From Pusillimonas sp. ANT_WB101 (GTDB taxonomy: Bacteria; Pseudomonadota; Gammaproteobacteria; Burkholderiales; Burkholderiaceae_B): a stretch of DNA of 24,000 nucleotides. The notes beneath the pieces are model-generated. The model ran no database searches. It saw only the letters and a program-made list of their open reading frames with translations, and was not told where the DNA came from. Below are positions 16,688-24,000 of this stretch, one piece after another. The position numbers and the translations under genes were made by a program. How positions within the stretch are numbered: the first letter of the stretch is position 1; each line of letters starts with the position of its first letter. The stretch spans positions 1,475,545 through 1,499,544 of the forward strand of contig NZ_VOAY01000001.1 in the NCBI RefSeq assembly GCF_008369125.1, written 5' to 3'.

Positions 16688-17848
16688 CTACATCTGCGTA
16701 GCTACAGCCAGGTTGCCAAAGCCGCTTTGATTAATAGTCGCTATGCCTGAAGCTGCAGTGCTGGTCTGGGTTACAAGCGCTGTATTTAAAATACCCGACT
16801 GTGTCACAGTAGCTGTTTGAGACAACCCTGACTGGTTCACGCGCGCAAGCTCAAGTACACCCGACTGCGTCACAGTGGCTGTTTGGGGTTGCATATACGA
16901 GTTGCTCTGCGAGATAAACGCCGCCTCGCCAGTACCCGTTTGCGTCACAATGGCTTTATCGCCACCGGAATCAGCCTGGTCAACTTGTGCCAGGTTGAAC
17001 GCGCCAGACTGGGTCACAATGGCTTTTTGGTAGGTACCCGATAATTGGCTGACGTCAGCCCTGTTACCGAAGCCTGTTTGCAGAACGGTCGCTTGATCCG
17101 AATACCCGTCTTGGCTGATGTTAGCGGTATGCCCTGCTCCTGACTGATCCACAGTGGCCGCGTTGTAGTAGCCGGAACTGGACCCACCCACCTGAGAGAT
17201 GTAAGACGAATCGTGGTTACCCGAATCAGTAATGGAAGCGGTGTCATAGCCAAACAAGGGGCTATAACCTCTATTCTGATCAATGACAGCACTGCCATGC
17301 GTGGCGCCGTTCTGCTCAACCGTGGCGTTCTGATTAACACCAACCTGCGTGATGGCAGCATTGTTATTGCTGCCATGACCGCCATATGTGTTCAGGTTTA
17401 TGGTCGCGCTTTGGTTGCTGCCGTTGCTCTGATCAATGGCGCCAATGTTAGCGTTGCCGTTTTGATAAACCACGCCATAAGCCCCATCAACATTAACCTG
17501 AGCAATGCTTGACGTATTGTGGCTACCCCAGTTTTGGGTGTTTCCGATTGCACCACTGTTACCGGTTTGCGTAATTGTGCTGTTGTTGCCGTTAGCACCC
17601 GTGTTTTCAGTGATGGTGGCCGTCGCGTAGCTGGCGTTGCCGTTCTGGCTGATTTTGCCCGTATTGTGGTCGCCCAGTTGGTTGACGGTTGCGGTGTTAA
17701 TGCCAAGGCCCGAGTTTTGTTGCACGGCTTCGGCAGAGTTTACCGATCCGGGCTGGTTGATGGTGATGGTTGCACTGGCGGCCATCGCAGTGCTGGCGCC
17801 AAAAGCAAGGGCCAGGCCCAATGTTACTGCTGACAAATTAATTCTCAT
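16688..17848 (-). CDS. csgA: Major curlin (CsgA-like), curli copy A
   Basis: MRINLSAVTLGLALAFGASTAMAA plus many curlin units (NAAITQVGVNQNATVEQNG, RADVSQLSGTYQKAIVTQSG, TATVTQSGVLELARVNQSG). Paralogue of the 12368-13540 gene. Confidence 0.85.
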   Translation of the reverse strand: MRINLSAVTLGLALAFGASTAMAASATITINQPGSVNSAEAVQQNSGLGINTATVNQLGDHNTGKISQNGNASYATATITENTGANGNNSTITQTGNSGAIGNTQNWGSHNTSSIAQVNVDGAYGVVYQNGNANIGAIDQSNGSNQSATINLNTYGGHGSNNNAAITQVGVNQNATVEQNGATHGSAVIDQNRGYSPLFGYDTASITDSGNHDSSYISQVGGSSSGYYNAATVDQSGAGHTANISQDGYSDQATVLQTGFGNRADVSQLSGTYQKAIVTQSGAFNLAQVDQADSGGDKAIVTQTGTGEAAFISQSNSYMQPQTATVTQSGVLELARVNQSGLSQTATVTQSGILNTALVTQTSTAASGIATINQSGFGNLAVATQM

Positions 17849-17914
17849 GATAATACCTATCGCTACAAGTGAAGGCCGAACGTTATAAGGCAACCTAGTG
17901 GCCAGCAGCCTAGG

Positions 17915-18448
17915 CTACGGTTGAACAACTTTGAAGGAACCACCAAAACCGATTTGCGTAACAGCGATGCTTTGGTTTCCCAATTGCGTAATATCGATAT
18001 GATTCTGGGCGCCTATTTGGGCGGCAGCGGCGCTGTTTCCGCCGTTGTTCTGGTTAATGCTGATTTGGTTTCCAGAACCCATCTGGCCGGCGACCGCCAG
18101 ATTGCCATCCCCATTTTGCGTAAGGTTCAGCGCGTTATTGCTGCCTGACAATTGCACAGCCACCGCGTTGTTGCCTGAACCACTTTGCAGGATCTGGGCA
18201 TCGCTGTTGGCAGTTCCTGACGCTTGCAAAATGCGCGCGTGTTGCTGGGCGCCAGTGGCCTGGGTGATCGACGCCCTGCCCAACTGGCCAGCCTGGGTTA
18301 TGTTTGCGGTCGAGTTGGTACCACCTGACAATTCGCTGGGTGCCATATCGCTCATCAAGCCCAAGTCGGAAGCATAGGCACCAGCCCCAAACATACAAGT
18401 GCCCGCCAGAATCGCAACGCAAACACGCTGCACATGTTTATTACTCAT
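17915..18448 (-). CDS. csgB: Minor curlin / nucleator (CsgB-like), curli copy A
   Basis: 177 aa, co-linear with copy B. Shared elements include DLG-MxD-APSELSG and the NGDGNLA repeats, ending AVTQIGFGGSFKVVQP. Confidence 0.8.
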   Translation of the reverse strand: MSNKHVQRVCVAILAGTCMFGAGAYASDLGLMSDMAPSELSGGTNSTANITQAGQLGRASITQATGAQQHARILQASGTANSDAQILQSGSGNNAVAVQLSGSNNALNLTQNGDGNLAVAGQMGSGNQISINQNNGGNSAAAAQIGAQNHIDITQLGNQSIAVTQIGFGGSFKVVQP

Positions 18449-19422
18449 TAAAGACTCCCTGATGGGGGTGGTGAATCAGCGGTTGTGGCGGTGGCATCAG
18501 CCTTCTTTGCTGTCGCATCAGCGGCCTTGGGCGAGATGGGCTCCACATAGTTACTTTCTTTCTCGAGATAGCGCTGGATCACAGGGTTATTCCAATCCTG
18601 GGCGTTCTTTAGCACCCACAAATGATCTTTCACCCCACCCACTATCAAGTGCGCAACAGCCGCTTCAACCGCTTCCTGCACACACAGCTGCGCGGGTTCG
18701 TTGCTGGTAATGCCGCCTTCGGCCTGCAGCAAATCATTGAAGTTCACAAACTTGAAGACGCTAGGATGTATCTCATACGAATAGATCGTCTTGGTGGTGG
18801 AGACGCTTTGCAAAACTTCGCCCGTGTTGACATCAACGCTGCGCAAGTTGATGCCGACCTGGTCCACCCTGTATTGGGCCGTTGCACCAACCCCCAGAAA
18901 CTGGGCACCCAGGCCTCCGGTTCGCACATTACTGTCGTACGAAACAATGCCACCATTGAGCACAATAGAAGCCGGCATTAGGCTAAGAACCTTCACTTTG
19001 GACTGCCCCGCCGTCGCGTCCTCGTCATCAATTGCACGTATTACGCGTCTTTCGGTAAGTAGCGACTGCAGATCTTCACGCTCTACCGGAATAAACCAAC
19101 CCGAATCCTTGAGCGCCTTAATCAGCATGGAACCGGCACCTTGCGTCACAGCGGTTGAAAAAGCACTCTCTGGTGACGGCTTGTACTGCCCTGTTTCATC
19201 ACGAAAGCCATAAACAGCCACTACCACCTTGCCCTTAGGCGGAGGAAATTGCAGCAGATCGCGCGTGGCTTTAGTGGGCGGCGTCAGGTGCGCTTCGTTG
19301 TGCGTGCCAGCTGGCGGTACAAATGCACAGGCCCCTAATAGCAGGCTCGCCAGTGAACAGGCAACAGCCACTTTCGTAAGATGGAGCCACCGTGGTTGCT
19401 GCGTAAGATAGCGTGATTTCAT
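18448..19422 (-). CDS. csgG: Curli secretion lipoprotein CsgG, copy A
   Basis: Nearly identical core to copy B CsgG, with lipobox LLGAC. The start codon overlaps the csgF stop (TAATG). Confidence 0.97.
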   Translation of the reverse strand: MKSRYLTQQPRWLHLTKVAVACSLASLLLGACAFVPPAGTHNEAHLTPPTKATRDLLQFPPPKGKVVVAVYGFRDETGQYKPSPESAFSTAVTQGAGSMLIKALKDSGWFIPVEREDLQSLLTERRVIRAIDDEDATAGQSKVKVLSLMPASIVLNGGIVSYDSNVRTGGLGAQFLGVGATAQYRVDQVGINLRSVDVNTGEVLQSVSTTKTIYSYEIHPSVFKFVNFNDLLQAEGGITSNEPAQLCVQEAVEAAVAHLIVGGVKDHLWVLKNAQDWNNPVIQRYLEKESNYVEPISPKAADATAKKADATATTADSPPPSGSL

Positions 19423-19892
19423 TATTGACCAAACGTAGAAGAGGAGACCTGAAAGGAGGTCGTCTGACCAGTCGTTTTGTCGGTCGTGGTAATCGTTAAC
19501 AACCCGCTGCCCGCGTCGGCCACGACAATGGAAAAGTCCTGCGTGTTCACCGTGCCGGGGATGAGGTTGCCGCTGTTATCAAACAACTGAGAGGTCGCCG
19601 CGGCCGAAATCCTACTAAGCATGGATTGCTCCAGCGTCTGGTTGAAGCGATCCAGCGGCGTCTGCTGGCCCAGGTCCGATGCACCAAGATCCGGCGAAGA
19701 CGGCTCGTGCTTGTTTTGCGCTTGGGCGCTACTGAGAAGGTAATTGCCATTAAGCGGGTTGCCCCCAAAATTTGGGTTGACCGGCGTATAGGTGAGCGGA
19801 GTCGCTCCTGCTGCTGAAGCCAGCGTCACTGCCACTGCGGCCGCCAAGGCGCGGGCTAATCCAGCACCTCGTTTATCCATATAGTTGTTCAT
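19422..19892 (-). CDS. csgF: Curli assembly factor CsgF, copy A
   Basis: LTYTPVNPNFGGNPLNGNYLLSSAQAQNKHEP...SSFQVSSSTFGQ. Same length (156 aa) as copy B. Confidence 0.93.
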   Translation of the reverse strand: MNNYMDKRGAGLARALAAAVAVTLASAAGATPLTYTPVNPNFGGNPLNGNYLLSSAQAQNKHEPSSPDLGASDLGQQTPLDRFNQTLEQSMLSRISAAATSQLFDNSGNLIPGTVNTQDFSIVVADAGSGLLTITTTDKTTGQTTSFQVSSSTFGQ

Positions 19893-20378
19893 TTACATTT
19901 CCTCCGGACCCAGATCGGGGCTTTTGACTAGCCTGCGCTGTATGTTGAGATCAATGATGTTTTTGTAAGCGATTTCGACCGCCTGACTGCTCGCTTGCTT
20001 CACGCCAGACCGTGCAGGCGCGAGAAATGTATGAAACACGCGCTCGTCCTTGTAGCTCACCCAAATCTCGCTACCGAATTGGGGGGTCGCTCTTTCGTAC
20101 ACGGTTGTTGTGAAGGTCGAATCGGGATGCAAAGTCTGCCAAAGCCCAGAAAAGCTTTTGTAAAAATCCCATCCCAGAACCGTCATGGTTCGGTTGATGA
20201 TGATGCCGCCTAGCGGATCGTTATCAATCTGCCCCGAATCAAGGCGCGTGCCTGCGCTCGAAAGCGTGGTCTTGGCGGGCTTCATTCCATGGGAGATCGT
20301 GGAGGATGTCTTTGCCAGTGCATTCTGGCCAGCCAAGGCAAACACGATCACCGCAAGCTGTATAGAGCATCGCAGCAC
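19893..20378 (-). CDS. csgE: Curli assembly factor CsgE, copy A (ORF open to 20444; GTG at 20376-20378 gives a standard signal peptide)
   Basis: DPLGGIIINRTMTVLGWDFYKSFSGLWQTLHPDS...VYERATPQFGSEIWVSYKDERVFHTFLAPARSG. From V23 the protein reads (M/V)LRCSIQLAVIVFALAGQNALA. Confidence 0.88.
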   Translation of the reverse strand: MLRCSIQLAVIVFALAGQNALAKTSSTISHGMKPAKTTLSSAGTRLDSGQIDNDPLGGIIINRTMTVLGWDFYKSFSGLWQTLHPDSTFTTTVYERATPQFGSEIWVSYKDERVFHTFLAPARSGVKQASSQAVEIAYKNIIDLNIQRRLVKSPDLGPEEM

Positions 20379-20883
20379 TTTCCCGTTTCCTCGGCCATGC
20401 TTGCCTGGAAAAACGCCGAAAGACACATTGAAAAAATAAAGCACTTTGATCGTTTCTGTATTTAATTAAGAATTGCTAATTTACACCTATTACAAAACGT
20501 CAAATAGAAAAGATTAGTGAATTTTTACATTTGAAAGATTTTTTGGTCGAGCCATATCCTAAACCCAGCAAATAAGGCCCTCGGTTTCTGTGCGAGTTGG
20601 CAGGCTGAAGCAATGACATCGACACCCTGGTCCTGAGAGGCCTCATGCTGCTAACAGCAGCTAAATTGAAGGCAAAACATATCGATACGCAGCGTTATTA
20701 CTGTTATTTTTTAGCTTGCTAATCGCGAGTTTTTGTCTAATCTTGTGCCCTAGGGCATCTTTAAATAAACAAACTCAGGTGTGAATTAGCGTGGAATTTT
20801 AAGCTTTACAGACGCATCGGCTAGATGTACTAGGCTGTTAACCATATGGCATTTACTTACGATTAGTGCTAGATAATGAGAAT

Positions 20884-20952
20884 GTGCCCTGTGCCCTGTG
20901 CCCTGTGCTTTGGTGCTTTGGTGCTTTGGTGCTTTGGTGCTTTGGTGCTTTG
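20884..20952. repeat. Compound tandem repeat: (GTGCCCT)x3 followed by (GTGCTTTG)x6
   Basis: Direct reading: 7-mers 20884-20904 and 8-mers 20905-20952, in an intergenic region. Confidence 0.95.
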
Positions 20953-21265
20953 CGCTTCGAGCCTTGAGCATTTGACACATGTGCCGTCTGCAACGAGCAG
21001 CACTCGTCGTCACGCATTTACAATTCTTCGCAGACAGATACACAGCCAAAACAACATTTGCTGCTGTCCAATGAACACAAAGACAAAGATCTGATTACGA
21101 CTACGCCAACAATAGGTAACCTAAGCGCCTAGGTGCACCGAACTCAAGCTTGACTGCCCATCTCGGCTGCTACACAGAAGCATGAGGCTACCCAAGACGA
21201 CGCGTCCAATGCGTCGCGACTAATCTTTGCGGGCTGCCAAGGTTAGATGCGCTCTGTGTAGTGCC

Positions 21266-21991
21266 TCAGTTATCCGCTTTCTGGCTGACCTCGACTTCAT
21301 CGCTAACGATGCGCCCGTCAACCAACGTAATGGTGCGGTCGCACGAAGCTGAAAGACGCGCGTCGTGCGTAACGATGAGCACTGCACAGTTGAACGTTTG
21401 ATTAAACCGCCTGAATAACTCAAACACATTTGCCGCTGTTTTTGTGTCGAGATTGCCCGTGGGTTCGTCGGCCAATAACAAGGCGGGGCGGGTAACCAGG
21501 GCACGTGCTATCGCCACTCGCTGCTGCTGCCCTCCCGACAAATCGCTAGGTTTAACGTCTGCGTATTTGCGCAAACCAACCTCATCGAGCAGGTCTATAG
21601 CATACTCACGATCTTCGCGCGACGGCTTTCCTTTTGCGAGCATAAGCGGCATCAGCACATTTTCAACAGAAGTAAAAGCCTGGATCAAGTGATGAAACTG
21701 AAAGACGAAACCAAGCTGGGCACCACGCAATGCCGTGCGCTCTGCATCGCTCATTCGGGCTGTTGGCCTGCCCAATAAATACAATTCGCCCGAGGTGGGC
21801 TCATCGAGCAAGCCCAACATATTAAGCAATGTACTTTTGCCAGATCCTGACGGCCCCACAAGTGCCGCGAAATCATGTGGGCCTATGGTCAGGTCAATGC
21901 CGTGCAGCACCTCGATTTCGTTGGGCTTGCCCAGGTTGTACGATTTACGCAGCCCTTCGAGCCGCAGAATTGAGCCGGGGTCATCAGACAT
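21266..21991 (-). CDS. ABC transporter ATP-binding protein (MacB/LolD-like)
   Basis: Walker [13 protein letters not shown], signature [15 protein letters not shown], Walker [14 protein letters not shown]-loop IVTHDA. Start [18 protein letters not shown]. Confidence 0.93.
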   Translation of the reverse strand: MSDDPGSILRLEGLRKSYNLGKPNEIEVLHGIDLTIGPHDFAALVGPSGSGKSTLLNMLGLLDEPTSGELYLLGRPTARMSDAERTALRGAQLGFVFQFHHLIQAFTSVENVLMPLMLAKGKPSREDREYAIDLLDEVGLRKYADVKPSDLSGGQQQRVAIARALVTRPALLLADEPTGNLDTKTAANVFELFRRFNQTFNCAVLIVTHDARLSASCDRTITLVDGRIVSDEVEVSQKADN

Positions 21992-23192
21992 AACGAATAG
22001 CCTCAACCGGATGCAGACGCGAAGCACGCCACGCCGGCACCATCGCCGCCAAAAGCCCGGTCAAAGTTGCCACCCCGATGGTGATTAAAAGCAAACCAGT
22101 GGGAAGGGGTATATAGAACAATTTAGGGCCGAAATTATTAAAGCCCCAGACCAGGCCGTAGCCCAGAACGCCACCCAAGATAGAACCCATTAACGCCAAT
22201 AAGCCCCCTTGTACGAGAAAAACCCGCAGTATCTGCTCTCGTCGAGCGCCCATAGCCCTTAAAATTCCGATCTCACGGGTGCGTTGCGTGACAGTGATGG
22301 CTAAAACGCTGGCTATGCCAAAAGCCACTGAAATAGCCACAAAAAAACTGATGACAGACGTTGAAATACGCTGCGAGGTTAAGGCGTTCATGAGTTGTGC
22401 GTTGGACTCAATCCAGCTCTCAGACTTTAGCCCTGTCAATCGCCCAATTCTCGCTGCAACAACATCAGCTGCGAACAAATCACGCACAGTCACGTCAATG
22501 AGGGTGACGCCTCCAGACAAGTCAAGCAGCGACTGCGCCTGCTTTAAATCAAGATACACATACCGCAGATCAAGCTCTCGCACGCCTAATTCGAAAACGC
22601 CCGTCACGGTCACGATGGCGTGGCGGTTATCGCCCGCTTCTAGCCTCAGCTTACTGCCCGCTTCCAGGCCCAGGTCGTCAGCCAGCAGTTTTCCAATGAC
22701 GGCGTTGCCTGCGCCAACTCGAAACTCACCCGAAATAATGCTTTCACTTACGGGAACAATTTTTTCGTATCGACTCGGATCAATACCCACCAACGACACA
22801 GCTTTAATAACGTCTCCGCGACGCGCAAACGCGGGGCCGGCAACCACTGGAGACACGGCAGTCACCTCGGGTAAGGTGTCAAGGACGCTCTGGGCCTGGA
22901 TCCAATTATTAATTGAACGCAGCCGCTGCACACGCTTTTCTTCCACTCGCAGTGCCAGTGTGCCTTCAGGCACCGCAATCACTGCGTTTTTTTCTCGGGG
23001 TGGTTCAACACGAATATGAGACTGCGTACCTAAAGTACGTTCGATAATGTTGTTTTGCAAGCCCACAATTAGCGTCGTAATGAACACAATAACCGACACA
23101 CCTACCGCGATTCCTACCAAAATGAGCAGCGTTTGTGACACTCCTTGCCTCAGAAATTTGACTGCTATCATCAGCTCTAGCCACATATGCAT
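21984..23192 (-). CDS. ABC transporter permease, MacB/FtsX-like
   Basis: MHMWLELMIAVKFLRQGVSQTLLILVGIAVGVSVIVFI at the N-terminus; FGIASVLAITVTQRTREIGILRAMGARREQILRVFLVQGGLLALMGSILG and [17 protein letters not shown] at the C-terminus. Confidence 0.9.
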   Translation of the reverse strand: MHMWLELMIAVKFLRQGVSQTLLILVGIAVGVSVIVFITTLIVGLQNNIIERTLGTQSHIRVEPPREKNAVIAVPEGTLALRVEEKRVQRLRSINNWIQAQSVLDTLPEVTAVSPVVAGPAFARRGDVIKAVSLVGIDPSRYEKIVPVSESIISGEFRVGAGNAVIGKLLADDLGLEAGSKLRLEAGDNRHAIVTVTGVFELGVRELDLRYVYLDLKQAQSLLDLSGGVTLIDVTVRDLFAADVVAARIGRLTGLKSESWIESNAQLMNALTSQRISTSVISFFVAISVAFGIASVLAITVTQRTREIGILRAMGARREQILRVFLVQGGLLALMGSILGGVLGYGLVWGFNNFGPKLFYIPLPTGLLLITIGVATLTGLLAAMVPAWRASRLHPVEAIRYV

Positions 23193-23199
23193 GCCCCGC

Positions 23200-24000
23200 C
23201 TAGAATTTAATTGGCAATTCTTTGCTTGTTTCAGCTTCAGACATCGCTGCGCCCTGTTTTTGTGCCGAGAGACGTACTCGTTGCCCTTCGGCCAGGTCGA
23301 CCGATGTCGACACCCAGTCACCGTCCTGTAATCCCGATGTAATTTCTGTCATGGCTCCACCCTGCAAGCCAAGAGAAACCTGCACCTGCTGCGCAACACC
23401 TTGGCGTACCCGCCAGACACTGGCCTGCGAGCCTTGTTTGTTGAATAACGCGTCATTTGGGAGCGCCAGTGCCTGTTGTCGTCGCCCCGTTTCGATGGTG
23501 GCCGTTACGGTTAAATCGTCGCGTAGATAATCGGGAATCTCTTCCATAGACAAATGAACATCCACTGTGCCACGTTGCGCGTCTACAGAAGGTGCAATTC
23601 GATGCACTACAGCATGAAACTCTTGTAACGGATAGGCATCGGCAATACAAACCGCCATCTGACCTAGCCTAAGCAAACCAAGATTGCGCTCGTCGACGGG
23701 AACCAACAGCTCAACATCATCGTCACGCGCAATTTCGAGCAGCACTCTTCCTGGCTGCACCAAGTCACCGGGTTCGACGTTGCGGGTCAGAATTACCCCA
23801 GGAAACTGGGCTTGCAATACAGTCTTGGATAAGGCGGCCTGGGCTGCGTCTACCCGAGCCTGAATTAAAGCGTCCTCGCTTTCTCCTGCCCCAAGCGATG
23901 CCACCTCAACACGCGCCTGTTCAGCCGCAGCCAATGCAATAGCCAATGCCTGATCAGCCCTTTCTTTTTCTTCTCGCGGCATTGCGTTGGACGCCAACAA
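23200..24000 (-). CDS. HlyD/MacA-like periplasmic adaptor (membrane fusion) subunit, N-terminus beyond window edge
   Basis: VILTRNVEPGDLVQPGRVLLEIA lipoyl-like half, VELLVPVDERNLGLLRLGQ, and GLQDGDWVSTSVDLAEGQRV. It is immediately upstream of the MacB-like permease. Confidence 0.87.
   Translation of the reverse strand: MLASNAMPREEKERADQALAIALAAAEQARVEVASLGAGESEDALIQARVDAAQAALSKTVLQAQFPGVILTRNVEPGDLVQPGRVLLEIARDDDVELLVPVDERNLGLLRLGQMAVCIADAYPLQEFHAVVHRIAPSVDAQRGTVDVHLSMEEIPDYLRDDLTVTATIETGRRQQALALPNDALFNKQGSQASVWRVRQGVAQQVQVSLGLQGGAMTEITSGLQDGDWVSTSVDLAEGQRVRLSAQKQGAAMSEAETSKELPIKF

Noticed and set aside
12368-17848. Possible CRISPR-like or satellite array signal from periodic sequence in csgA/csgB
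   Set aside because: The periodicity corresponds to degenerate ~22-aa curlin units in coding sequence, with no identical direct repeats and spacers.
20445-21265. Searched for remnants of an IS element or pseudogene that might explain the operon duplication
   Set aside because: No transposase-like reading frame or clear terminal inverted repeats seen, only AT-rich intergenic sequence and the minisatellite.

Overview
The 24 kb window is bacterial chromosome, mostly minus-strand genes. The central feature (about 11.9-20.4 kb) is a tandem duplication of a complete curli (functional amyloid) operon. Two full sets run csgE-csgF-csgG-csgB-like-csgA-like on the minus strand, each followed by a rho-independent-type terminator. 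A csgH-like gene without a visible signal peptide sits beyond the second terminator, and no csgD-like regulator is visible. Flanking it are: an iron/anion-type ABC transporter (permease, truncated at the window edge, plus binding protein); a TIGR01777/YfcH-like epimerase followed by a (CTTGC)14 repeat; a compact four-gene unit of exported, membrane and uncharacterised proteins that includes a trypsin-fold protease-like protein; a 1161-aa TM0106-type RecB/RNase H-like/SF1 nuclease-helicase; a compound minisatellite near 20.9 kb; and a MacAB/LolD-like efflux cassette truncated at the right edge. The best candidates for novelty are the duplicated curli locus and the uncharacterised protease-like gene cluster. 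All homology calls come from reading motifs, and no database search was run.
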